DNA from: Candidatus Iainarchaeum sp.
GTDB taxonomy: Archaea > Iainarchaeota > Iainarchaeia > Iainarchaeales > JAZDEL01
NCBI GenBank assembly: GCA_043808785.1
Contig: JAZDEL010000006.1
Span: forward strand, 1 to 32,000
Direction of reading: 5' to 3'
Length of the DNA: 32,000 bases
The notes under the pieces were generated by a model, which saw only the letters and a list, made by a program, of their open reading frames with translations, ran no database searches and was not told the DNA's origin. The translations under genes and the position numbers were made by a program. Positions 6,855 through 14,918 of the stretch are shown in pieces (position 1 is the first letter of the stretch; every line of letters begins with the position of its first letter).

Positions 6855-7514
6855 ATGGAGATAGAGAAGGGCACCGTGAGGGGCAGCCCGTATCTGGGCG
6901 TTTTTTCGGTGGTTACCGAAGATGTTGCGATCCTGCCGAAGTTTGTTGAGCAGAAGGAGATTGCGAATTACGAAAGGACGCTGGGGATTGAGGTTATAAA
7001 GGCGAACATAATGGAGAGCGCGCTTGCGGGAATTTTTATGACAGGGGTAGGAAAAAAGTTTGTCGTGCCCTATGCCGCGGGAAATGGCGAGGTAAAATTC
7101 CTGCGCTCGCAGGGGCTTGAGATTGAGATGATTGGCGCAACCGCGCTGGGGAACATGATTGCGCTGAACAGCAGCGGGGGGGTCGTAAGCAGGCTGCTTC
7201 CGCACGCGGAGAGGGAAAAACTCGCGGATTTTTTCGGGATTAAGTTCGAGGCGATGGATGTCGCGGGCAGCGATGTGCCGGGCTCGGCAATTACGGTTAC
7301 GGAAAACGGATTCATAGTTAACCCTAACGTAAACGAGAAGGAATTCAAGATGCTGGGGAAAATTTTCGGGGTTTCGGGAAAGCCAACGACCGCAAATTAC
7401 GGCGACCCTTTCGTGGGGAACGATGTTGTCGCGAACAGCAGGGGTGCGATTGTCGGCACTTACACCTCGGGGCACGAACTGATAAGGATTGACGAAGGGC
7501 TGAGGGGCGAGTGA
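6855..7514 (+). CDS. eif6: Translation initiation factor 6 (aIF6)
   Basis: The 219-aa product has eIF6-type pentein repeats (GSPYLGVFSVVTEDVAILP, ALGNMIALNSSGGVVS, GSAITVTENGFIVNP, VGNDVVANSRGAIVG). Confidence 0.92.
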   Translation: MEIEKGTVRGSPYLGVFSVVTEDVAILPKFVEQKEIANYERTLGIEVIKANIMESALAGIFMTGVGKKFVVPYAAGNGEVKFLRSQGLEIEMIGATALGNMIALNSSGGVVSRLLPHAEREKLADFFGIKFEAMDVAGSDVPGSAITVTENGFIVNPNVNEKEFKMLGKIFGVSGKPTTANYGDPFVGNDVVANSRGAIVGTYTSGHELIRIDEGLRGE

Positions 7515-7524
7515 GGTGAGGGGA

Positions 7525-7845
7525 ATGGAAAAGGGGCATATTGAAAAGGCAGCAACAAAAAAACACGCGGGTTCCGCGGCGGTTGCGGGCGGGGTTGCCG
7601 CGGGCAAAGCTGCTGGCACGGGCGGATCCGCCGCGGGAAAGGGCGGCAGGGTTAAGGAAAAGGGCGAAGCCGATTTCGCGGTTTCCGGCACGTTCCTTGA
7701 GAAGGATAATTACAAGAAATTCACGAAAATAGTTTCCGCTTACAACGAGGCAAACGCAAGGGAGAAGGCATTCAGCCTCATGGGCTCGAAGCACGCGGTG
7801 AAGAGGCGGCACGTGAAAATAGATTCTGCAAAGGAGGCGAAATAA
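7525..7845 (+). CDS. rpl18a: 50S ribosomal protein LX (L18Ae/eL20 family) with an Ala/Gly-rich N-terminal extension
   Basis: The C-terminal core FAVSGTFLEKDNYKKFTKIVSAYNEANAREKAFSLMGSKHAVKRRHVKI is typical LX. The only in-frame starts are GTG 7516 and ATG 7525, so the ~50-aa A/G-rich N-terminus appears to be real. The gene abuts the eif6 stop at 7514. Confidence 0.8.
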   Translation: MEKGHIEKAATKKHAGSAAVAGGVAAGKAAGTGGSAAGKGGRVKEKGEADFAVSGTFLEKDNYKKFTKIVSAYNEANAREKAFSLMGSKHAVKRRHVKIDSAKEAK

Positions 7846-8289
7846 ATGGCTGATAAGCAGGTGAAGGTTAGCGGCGCGCAGATAATGCAGGCGTATGAGA
7901 CGGAGCGCGCGAAGATGGAATCGATTATTGCGAGGCTGAACCAGATAAGCGGGCTGAAGAACGATATTTCCGCTGCGGACAGCGTGCTTGAGTCGCTGGG
8001 CAAGGCTGGCAAGGGGGGGAAGGTAAAGCTCCCTGTCGGTGCGGGGATTTATGTCGATGCCACTATCGATGACCCGAAACTTGTCGGAATGGCGCTTGCC
8101 GGAAACATTATGCTCCCTGCCGCAACCGAGGCGGCAAGGGAGGAACTTGCGAAAAGGCTTGCGGACATTGAAAAGGCGCTCGAGAGCGCGGAGAAGGAAA
8201 GGCAGTTCACCGCCGCAAACCTGGATAACCTCGGAAGGGCGATTAATGTGCTCAGGCAGAATGCCGCGCAGGCGGCGAGAAGGCAGTGA
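7846..8289 (+). CDS. pfdA: Prefoldin alpha subunit
   Basis: The ATG directly follows the LX stop codon. The product has a coiled-coil / beta-hairpin / coiled-coil layout (KVKLPVGAGIYVDATIDDPKLVGMALAGNIMLP). The position between rplX and ftsY is conserved. Confidence 0.85.
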   Translation: MADKQVKVSGAQIMQAYETERAKMESIIARLNQISGLKNDISAADSVLESLGKAGKGGKVKLPVGAGIYVDATIDDPKLVGMALAGNIMLPAATEAAREELAKRLADIEKALESAEKERQFTAANLDNLGRAINVLRQNAAQAARRQ

Positions 8290-8325
8290 TTGCCGCTGGC
8301 TTGTAATGCACGGGGCGCGCGCAAA

Positions 8326-9654
8326 ATGTTTGAGTTCCTTAAGAAAAAGGTCGCGGCTTTCACCGAAAAGGTGAAGGCTAAGCTTGAGGCAAAAGCCGAG
8401 TCCGCGGAGGGCAAGGCTGCGGAGGAAGTCCCCGCTGTTTCTGAAAAGCCGGCTGAAGTTTCCGCACCTGTTGAAAAGAAGCACAAGGCGGAAGAGCCGC
8501 ACAAAGCGGAAAAGCCTGCAAAGGAAAAGCCCGGGCAGAAGGCTGCGGAGGAAATTGAAGCGGAAGAAGCCGCTGCTGAAGAAAGGCCTTTTCCTGAAGA
8601 AGCGGAAACTGAAGCCGCTCCTTCTGAAGCCGAAACCGCTGAAGAACCCGAATTCGCGGAAGAGGCGGAACCTGAACTTGCCGCCGAACCAGCTGCTGAG
8701 GCGCCTGAAGCGCAGGAGGAATTCGAACCAATGCTTCCCCCAGAAAAGAAAAGGGTGCTTAAGGCAAAGGTTTCCGTCGGCGCGAAAATTAAGGGCTTCC
8801 TGAGGGGGAAGGTAAAAGTAGAGACAAAGGACATCGCTGATTTTTTGTCGGAACTGGAACTTGCCCTGCTCGAGGGGGATGTCGAGCAGGGCACAGCGGA
8901 GGAGATTGCATCTGAAATGCGCAGGCAGCTTGTGGGGAAGGAGGTTCCGCGCGGGGAAGATGTTACCGAGTTCCTGAAGCGCGAACTCAGGGTTGTGCTG
9001 ATGCGCGTGATGCACACGGAAAGGCTTGACCTGCTTTCAGAAATTGCGGCAAAGGGGAAGAAACCGTTTGTTATCCTCTTCCTCGGGCCGAACGGCGCGG
9101 GAAAGACAACGACAATCGCAAAACTCACGCACCTTTTGCAGAAAAGGGGGAAAAGGGTTGTGTGGGCTGCTTCCGATACTTTTCGCGCTGCATCTATTGA
9201 ACAACTGGAGAAGCACGCGGAGAAATTGGGCGTGAGGGTGGTGAAGCACACGTATGGCGCTGACCCCGCGGCTGTGGCGTTTGATGCTATAAAGGCTGCG
9301 GAGGCGAAGAAAGTCGATGTTGTAATGATTGACAGTGCGGGGAGGCAGGAAACCAACAAGAATTTGATGGCTGAACTGGAGAAGATTGCGCGCGTTGCAA
9401 AGCCGGATATGAAAATTTATGTGGGCGAGGCGTACACAGGGCAGGCGCTGCTTCAGCAGGCCGCGGAGTTCAATGAAAGGCTTGGGATTGACGGGTTCAT
9501 ACTCACGAAAATAGACTGCGATGCGAAGGGCGGCACGGCAATTTCACTTTTGTACAGGTTAAAGAAGCCCATACTTTACATAGGAATGGGGCAGGGTTAC
9601 GCTGATTTGAAGGAATTCGAGCCTGAGTTCATCCTGGACAGGGTGCTTGGCTGA
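8326..9654 (+). CDS. ftsY: Signal recognition particle receptor FtsY
   Basis: The start is MFEFLKKKV. An acidic A/E/K/P-rich A-domain is followed by an NG domain with GPNGAGKTTTIAKL, DTFRAA, DSAGR and TKIDCDAKGG. Confidence 0.95.
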   Translation: MFEFLKKKVAAFTEKVKAKLEAKAESAEGKAAEEVPAVSEKPAEVSAPVEKKHKAEEPHKAEKPAKEKPGQKAAEEIEAEEAAAEERPFPEEAETEAAPSEAETAEEPEFAEEAEPELAAEPAAEAPEAQEEFEPMLPPEKKRVLKAKVSVGAKIKGFLRGKVKVETKDIADFLSELELALLEGDVEQGTAEEIASEMRRQLVGKEVPRGEDVTEFLKRELRVVLMRVMHTERLDLLSEIAAKGKKPFVILFLGPNGAGKTTTIAKLTHLLQKRGKRVVWAASDTFRAASIEQLEKHAEKLGVRVVKHTYGADPAAVAFDAIKAAEAKKVDVVMIDSAGRQETNKNLMAELEKIARVAKPDMKIYVGEAYTGQALLQQAAEFNERLGIDGFILTKIDCDAKGGTAISLLYRLKKPILYIGMGQGYADLKEFEPEFILDRVLG

Positions 9655-9678
9655 ACAGCTTGCGGGCGATGGAAAAAA

Positions 9679-10398
9679 CTAGCGCCTGTAAAATTTTCTT
9701 TTCCCTGCAGGGCTAAGGCACTTGGCTCTAACAGGCACTGGTACTGGAAAAGGCGCACGAATTGGGGGCATCTTTGCCGCCATTTCCCTCAATTTATTCA
9801 CCGCCAAAACACGAATTTTCTCGGGCGCGGTCGGCGGCTTTAGGTAGACGCGCCAGTTCCATGGGTTCAGACCGAATTTGCCTGGCCACTTTTTCTGTAT
9901 GCAATATTGCAGGTATTCGCGGCGCGAATTTTTCCTGAACACGAGGTCGCCGTTATGCTGGACTGAAAAAATAGGGTGCGTTTCCTTCACGATTGCGGGG
10001 TTACTCCAGTCGCGCGGGTAATTGCCTTCGGACTCGGTTGCTAGGATGCCGCATTTCTGCATTACATCGGCGAGAGCTACATGCTTCTCGTGTATTGCAT
10101 TTACTACCGCTTGCCGCACATATGCCTCTGCTACATATGCAGTTGCCGACGCCATCGGGGATGGCGGCTTTTTAGAAACATAATCATGCAAATCCCAAAG
10201 CGCAACACCCGCCAGAATTCCTTCGGTTGTCTTGCGCCAACCTCTGAGTGTATTAACTCCAAGTTTATCCACCTCCCACCCCTGCGGAATTTTGTTGCTA
10301 TTTTTGATTAGTATTTGCAGATTAGGGTTCAGATGCTCAAACTTTATGCGCACGGTTGCATTGCGCCTTAAATCATTCCTGAACCGTTCTTCAACCAT
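9679..10398 (-). CDS. Hypothetical protein (orphan, AT-richer than its neighbours)
   Basis: The open frame extends to 10506. ATG 10398 (MVEERFRNDL) is preferred because a minus-strand TTTTATA box lies about 30 nt upstream. I recognise no motif. The C-terminus is Pro-rich (PPIRAPFPVPVPVR). Confidence 0.6.
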   Translation of the reverse strand: MVEERFRNDLRRNATVRIKFEHLNPNLQILIKNSNKIPQGWEVDKLGVNTLRGWRKTTEGILAGVALWDLHDYVSKKPPSPMASATAYVAEAYVRQAVVNAIHEKHVALADVMQKCGILATESEGNYPRDWSNPAIVKETHPIFSVQHNGDLVFRKNSRREYLQYCIQKKWPGKFGLNPWNWRVYLKPPTAPEKIRVLAVNKLREMAAKMPPIRAPFPVPVPVRAKCLSPAGKRKFYRR

Positions 10399-10702
10399 GA
10401 AGTAATAACTGACAACCACGTATAAAATTGTTTCCGAAAGGCTTCGAAATGCAGAAGAAACGCCTTCCGCACCCCGCACGGGAAATTTTCCTTCGCAATT
10501 CCGCACCGGAAATGCACTCTCCTTCCGCGCCTTTAAAAGGCACTTTGCGCAAGGTATGTCCGAGGTGGTCTTAAATGATCGAGAGCAGGATTATAAGGTT
10601 CGTGGAGTCGTACAAGAGGACGCACAGGCAAGGGTATGGCGCCGGTTTCAGGGCGCTTCCCTTTTAATTGTTTTGGGGGTGGAATGCTTGAGAGGGGATG
10701 AT

Positions 10703-10990
10703 ATGAAGGTTTCAGAACTGAAAGCAAGGAGCGGGGTCCCTGAGCTTACTGTTGAAGTCGTTTCAATAGGGGAGCCGAGGAAGTTCGCAAATGAAAAGGG
10801 CAGCGGCAGGGTCGCGAGCGCCGCGGTAAAGGACAAAACAGGGGAAGTGAGGATGAGCCTCTGGAACGAGCAAATCGACCAGATAAAGGAAGGGGACAAG
10901 ATAAAGATTGAGAACGGCTGGTGCTCGGAATACAACGGCGAGCTGCAGGTAAGCACGGGAAGGAACGGGACCATCTCTCCCGCAGAGTAG
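10703..10990 (+). CDS. Single OB-fold nucleic-acid-binding (SSB/RPA-like) protein
   Basis: The product reads MKVSELKARSGVPELTVEVVSIGEPRKF...GEVRMSLWNEQIDQIKEGDKIKIENGWCSEYNGELQVSTGRNGTI, a pattern typical of archaeal RPA/SSB OB folds. The ORF-track start at 10556 is rejected in favour of ATG 10703, which has GAGAGGGG upstream. Confidence 0.7.
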   Translation: MKVSELKARSGVPELTVEVVSIGEPRKFANEKGSGRVASAAVKDKTGEVRMSLWNEQIDQIKEGDKIKIENGWCSEYNGELQVSTGRNGTISPAE

Positions 10991-11054
10991 TTGCCCCGCT
11001 CAGAAGACGGCAAACAAAGCCAGCCATCGGCGGGACGGGGGCGGAGGAGGAACA

Positions 11055-11062
11055 TTTAAATA
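11055..11062 (+). promoter_or_regulatory. TATA-box-like element upstream of the wHTH/RelE-like pair
   Basis: TTTAAATA lies 21 nt upstream of ATG 11083, which is consistent with a leaderless transcript. Confidence 0.45.
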
Positions 11063-11082
11063 AACAAATCATATAAGTATAT

Positions 11083-11367
11083 ATGATAACTATGCACGCA
11101 AGGGCGAATGTTCTGCACTACCCGAGGCTGGATACTGTGATTATGATAGAGGATGCGATAAAAAAGGCGGATAATTATCCGGGCAGGACGGCACTCTGGA
11201 AGAAACTGCCGAAAAAGGTAATGTACCAGACATATAAGGTTGCGATAGACTACCTCATCAGGTCGAGGAAGGTAATGCTCACAAAAGACGACAAGCTTGT
11301 CTGGGTTTTTGCTGATACGCCGAAGGCAAGGAAACTCATTGCAGAGAGCGTGCCTGCATATGCATGA
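11083..11367 (+). CDS. Small winged-helix-like protein, putative antitoxin/regulator of the downstream RelE-like gene
   Basis: The 94-aa product shows a helix-turn-helix-wing pattern (RTALWKKLPKKVMYQTYKVAIDYLIRSRKVMLTKDDKLVWVF). It overlaps the next ORF by 8 nt (ATGCATGA). Confidence 0.5.
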   Translation: MITMHARANVLHYPRLDTVIMIEDAIKKADNYPGRTALWKKLPKKVMYQTYKVAIDYLIRSRKVMLTKDDKLVWVFADTPKARKLIAESVPAYA

Positions 11368-11704
11368 GGTACGTTACTCCGCGGAGTTCAACAAGGAGTA
11401 TGTAAGGCTCAGGTTGCGCGCGGATAAGGGAGGCGGCGAGGCCAAATACATCATTGAGTGCATCAGCAGGGCAACCGCAAAGATTGCGAAAAACATCGAG
11501 GCCGGCAAGAAAATTCCAAGGAAACAATGGCCTGGCGAGTATGCCAGAAAGTACGGAATAACTAACCTCTGGAAGTTCAACCTTGATTCGAGCTGGCGGC
11601 TTATATACACAATAGAGGGCGACATGGCAAGCCTATATGCAATCTACCTTGAGCACATGAACCACAAGGAATACTGCAGAAAGTTCGGCTACAGGAAGGG
11701 CTGA
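11360..11704 (+). CDS. RelE/ParE-superfamily-like toxin (putative)
   Basis: The 114-aa product contains LWKFNLDSSWRLIYTIEGD..LYAIYLEHMNHKEY, which resembles the RelE/YoeB 'k.rlgdyRliY.i....i.il.i..r..aY' core. The start is set at ATG 11360, which overlaps the upstream stop. Confidence 0.5.
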   Translation: MHEVRYSAEFNKEYVRLRLRADKGGGEAKYIIECISRATAKIAKNIEAGKKIPRKQWPGEYARKYGITNLWKFNLDSSWRLIYTIEGDMASLYAIYLEHMNHKEYCRKFGYRKG

Positions 11705-11789
11705 GGCAGGTGCGCAGGAAGGGGTTATTTGCCTGCTCCGGGCGGTTTGCCAGCGGCTGTTTCGCCAATTGACGAACAAAGGCAAAGCC

Positions 11790-11798
11790 TTTTAAATA
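11790..11798 (+). promoter_or_regulatory. TATA-box-like element far upstream of the TRAM gene
   Basis: TTTTAAATA lies about 160 nt upstream of ATG 11960. A second AT-rich box, GTATATATAG, lies at 11811-11820. Confidence 0.35.
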
Positions 11799-11959
11799 AC
11801 CTAAGCAGCAGTATATATAGCAACTGTCAATTCGACTGGTGAGTTATAAGACTGTAAATTAGCAACTTCTGGCTTCTCGTTTTGAAGGGCTTAATTTCCC
11901 GCATGGGGATTAATCGTTTCTGGCGCGTGGCTGCAGGTTGCGGAAAGGAGGAGAATTAA

Positions 11960-12343
11960 ATGGCATATAGCAAGTACAATACCACAAGATTCCAGAGGGA
12001 CATTCCCGTAAAGGAAGGGGAAACCTACGAGGTTGAAATCGAGGGCGTGGGGGAAAAGGGAGACGGCATAGGCAAGGTAAAGGGCTATGTTGTTATAGTC
12101 CCTGGGACGCAGAAGGGAGACAAGGTTACAATAAAGGTAACCGCGGTAAGGGGCAGGGTTTCCTTCGGCGAAGTTGTGGGAAAGGCCAAGGATGAAGCCA
12201 GGGAAAAGGCAGCAACAAAGAGGGAAGAGGGCGGAGAAAGCAAGGGCACTGACGAGGAAGACCTTGGCGCCGATGAAGATGATGGGGGCGAGGATGAAGA
12301 TGACGCAGAAGGCAGTGGAGAAGGAGATTCATTAGAGGATTAA
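11960..12343 (+). CDS. TRAM-domain RNA-binding protein with an acidic C-terminal tail
   Basis: AGGAGGAG lies upstream of the start. The TRAM core reads VKEGETYEVEIEGVGEKGDGIGKVKGYVVIVPGTQKGDKVTIKVTAVRGRVSFGEVV. It is followed by a ~60-aa D/E/G-rich tail. Confidence 0.85.
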   Translation: MAYSKYNTTRFQRDIPVKEGETYEVEIEGVGEKGDGIGKVKGYVVIVPGTQKGDKVTIKVTAVRGRVSFGEVVGKAKDEAREKAATKREEGGESKGTDEEDLGADEDDGGEDEDDAEGSGEGDSLED

Positions 12344-12363
12344 ACACAAGGAGCGTGAATGAA

Positions 12364-12528
12364 ATGGATTGGAGTCCCGATAAGGCAAGCGAGGAGCTCA
12401 GGCTCAAGCTGCTTAAGGAAGAGTTCAAATTGAGGAAGAAACAGCCCCAGGCTTGGACAAAGACAAAGTACAGGCCGTATGCGAACTTCCGCACAAGAAG
12501 GGTGGAAGTTGCGCCTGCAACCGCGTAA
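12364..12528 (+). CDS. Possible 54-aa basic micro-protein (not in the ORF track)
   Basis: The product reads MDWSPDKASEELRLKLLKEEFKLRKKQPQAWTKTKYRPYANFRTRRVEVAPATA. GGAG lies at 12349-12352. A 9-bp hairpin plus TTGTTTT follows at 12543-12575. I recognise no family. Confidence 0.3.
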   Translation: MDWSPDKASEELRLKLLKEEFKLRKKQPQAWTKTKYRPYANFRTRRVEVAPATA

Positions 12529-12649
12529 GCGGAACCTTTGTGCGCACGGCGGAAATGCCGCTGTGCATTGTTTTCAGGGCTAGCGGAAGCAAAACCAAAC
12601 CCTGCCTGCTTTCTTATATTCCTTTTTGTGCTAATTTTTAGTGATTGCA

Positions 12650-14047
12650 ATGGGCTTAGGGGAAAAATTAAGGGGCGCAATGGAGAGGCTGCGCAACTCC
12701 ACGGAGCTTGACAAAGGCACGGTAAAGGAGGTTGTGAAGGAACTGCAGCGCGCGCTTATAGGCGCGGATGTGGAAATTGAACTTGTTTTAGGGCTGAGCA
12801 AAAATGTCGAGGCAGAGGCATTCAAGGACCTTCCCTCGGGAATAAACCGCAGGGAGCATGTAGTAAAGAAAACCTACGAACTGCTTGCGGAAATGGTGGG
12901 GGGAAGCGCAGCAGAATTGCCCGCAAAGGTGCAAGGGGAAACTGCTGCGAAAATACCCGACAAGCCGCGCAGGGTGCTTATGGTCGGCCTGTTCGGCTCG
13001 GGAAAAACAACAACCATCGGGAAGATTGCGCACTATTATTCAAAGCGCGGGGCAAAGGTTGGGGTTATCGCAGGGGACGTATTCAGGCCTGCGGCATATG
13101 AACAGCTGGAACAGGTTGCTGCAAAGGCGAAGGTTGCTTTCTTCGGGATTAGGGGGGGAAAGAATGCTGCAAAGGTTGTTAAGGAAGGGCTGAAGAAGTT
13201 TGAGAAATATGATTTGGTTATTGCTGATTCCGCTGGAAGGAGCGCGCTGGACAAGGAATTGACAAAGGAGATAAGGGAGATTAGTGCAGCGTTCAGGCCG
13301 GAACATACGTGGCTTGTTATTGCCGCGGACACAGGGCAGCTTGCTCGGAGGCAGGCTGAGGCGTTCCACAGCGCTGTGGGGGTTAATGGCGTAATAATCA
13401 CAAGGATGGACGGAAGCGCAAAGGGCGGGGGAGCGTTAGCAGCGTGCGCGGCAACAAAGGCGCCTGTGCTGTTTTTAGGCACGGGGGAAAAGGCCGCTGA
13501 CCTGGAGGGGTTCGATGCTCATAGGTATCTTGCAAGGGTAATGGGTTACGGGGATTTGAAGGCGCTGCTTGAGAAGGCGAAGGAAATAGAGGCCGAGGAA
13601 TTCGACATGGAGCGCCTGATGAAGGGCGAATTTAATCTCACTGTGTTCTACGAGCAATTGAAGGCTGCAAGGAAAATGGGGCCCCTTGGAAAGGTAATGG
13701 AAATGATGGGGTTAAGCCAGCAGATGCCGAAGGAGATGCTTGAGGTAGGGGAGGAGAAACTTGACGGATTTAAGGTGATGATGGATTCAATGACGCGCGC
13801 GGAGAAGGAAAATCCCGAGCTGCTCGACAGGAGCAGGATTGCGAGGATTGCGAAGGGCTCCGGGAAAAGCGAGGAGGGAGTAAGGGAACTGATAAGGAAT
13901 TACAAAAATATGAAGGCGATTTTCAAGAGGTTCGGGAACATAGACGAGAAGAAACTGCAGAAGCAGGGGGTGCAGGGCTTCCTGCGCAGTTTGCAGGGGA
14001 CAAAGGGCGTGAAGGGGATGGGGAAGAAGAAGTTCAAAATCAGGTGA
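12650..14047 (+). CDS. srp54: Signal recognition particle protein SRP54
   Basis: The start is MGLGEKLRGAMERL. The product has an N domain, a G domain (GLFGSGKTTTIGKIA, DSAGR, TRMDGSAKGGGALA) and a Met-rich M domain (KMGPLGKVMEMMGLSQQMPKEM). The GTG at 12641 is an alternative start. Confidence 0.95.
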   Translation: MGLGEKLRGAMERLRNSTELDKGTVKEVVKELQRALIGADVEIELVLGLSKNVEAEAFKDLPSGINRREHVVKKTYELLAEMVGGSAAELPAKVQGETAAKIPDKPRRVLMVGLFGSGKTTTIGKIAHYYSKRGAKVGVIAGDVFRPAAYEQLEQVAAKAKVAFFGIRGGKNAAKVVKEGLKKFEKYDLVIADSAGRSALDKELTKEIREISAAFRPEHTWLVIAADTGQLARRQAEAFHSAVGVNGVIITRMDGSAKGGGALAACAATKAPVLFLGTGEKAADLEGFDAHRYLARVMGYGDLKALLEKAKEIEAEEFDMERLMKGEFNLTVFYEQLKAARKMGPLGKVMEMMGLSQQMPKEMLEVGEEKLDGFKVMMDSMTRAEKENPELLDRSRIARIAKGSGKSEEGVRELIRNYKNMKAIFKRFGNIDEKKLQKQGVQGFLRSLQGTKGVKGMGKKKFKIR

Positions 14048-14098
14048 GGCTGCGGGCGTTTGTTTTTTGGATGTCGGGAATTTGCGCGGGGCGGAAAA

Positions 14099-14914
14099 AT
14101 GATTGACCTGATGCTCCTGAGGATTGCGGCGGTGCTTATCGCGGGCGCCGCTGCGGCATACGCCGATTTCAAAACAGGGCTTATTCCCGATAAAATAACC
14201 TACGGCGCTGTTGCCGTGGGTGCAGTGATTTCGCTCGCGGCATTTGACATGCAGGCATTCCTTATTGCAGGGGTTGTTTTCGCAATAGGGTATGCGCTGT
14301 ATTACGCGGGAAAAATCGGCGGAGGGGATGTGAAGCTTTTCGCAGGATTGGCGCTGATTATGCCTGTTTATGAAGGCAGGGTTTTTGTACTCAGCGTGCT
14401 GTTTGTTGCCGCGCTTGCAGCGGCGCTCTGGTTCGGGGCTTATTATGCGGGGAGGTATGCGCTGAGGGGGGTTGTGCTGAAGGGCAATGAGGAGGGCATA
14501 AAGAGGGCGCTGATTTTGGGGATTCCGCTTTCCGTGTTTTTGGCATTTTCACTGAATGCGGGGCTTATTTCATACGCGTATGTTGCTGCAATAGCCCTGC
14601 CCATGGCTGCGGCGCTGCTGTTCATTGCGTTCGAGCACGGGATAAGGAAGGAGTTCTTCCTTGCGCGCGTGAAGATTGCGGAACTCGAGGAGGACGAGCT
14701 GATTGCGCTCGATTTTATGGATGAGAAGCAAAAGGAAAAACTCGGGGTGCAGTTCAAGGGAATAATTGACGAGAAACTGAAAAAGGAACTGCTAAGCATG
14801 GGCATGAAGGAGGTGCCTGTGTACAGGAACCTGCCGAGGTTCGGGCCTTTCATACTTGCAGGGATTGTTTTTGTGGTTTTCTTGCCTGCCGCGGTGCCTC
14901 TGCCTGCGATGTGA
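14099..14914 (+). CDS. A24-family type IV prepilin/preflagellin peptidase
   Basis: The polytopic membrane protein carries the two catalytic Asp motifs, ADFKTGLIPD and GGGDVKL. The start is MIDLMLLRI at 14099. Confidence 0.85.
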   Translation: MIDLMLLRIAAVLIAGAAAAYADFKTGLIPDKITYGAVAVGAVISLAAFDMQAFLIAGVVFAIGYALYYAGKIGGGDVKLFAGLALIMPVYEGRVFVLSVLFVAALAAALWFGAYYAGRYALRGVVLKGNEEGIKRALILGIPLSVFLAFSLNAGLISYAYVAAIALPMAAALLFIAFEHGIRKEFFLARVKIAELEEDELIALDFMDEKQKEKLGVQFKGIIDEKLKKELLSMGMKEVPVYRNLPRFGPFILAGIVFVVFLPAAVPLPAM

Positions 14915-14918
14915 TTTT

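Noticed and set aside
7345-9015. Very long antisense ORFs (7345..9015, 8049..9359, 14850..16160, 5713..6411 and 6822..7691, all on the minus strand)
   Set aside because: They lie opposite genes with unambiguous conserved motifs (eif6, rplX, pfdA, ftsY, ribD, rpl39e/rpl31e). Their products are low-complexity R/L/F/S/P-rich strings. They are the expected by-product of purine-rich, GC-rich coding strands.
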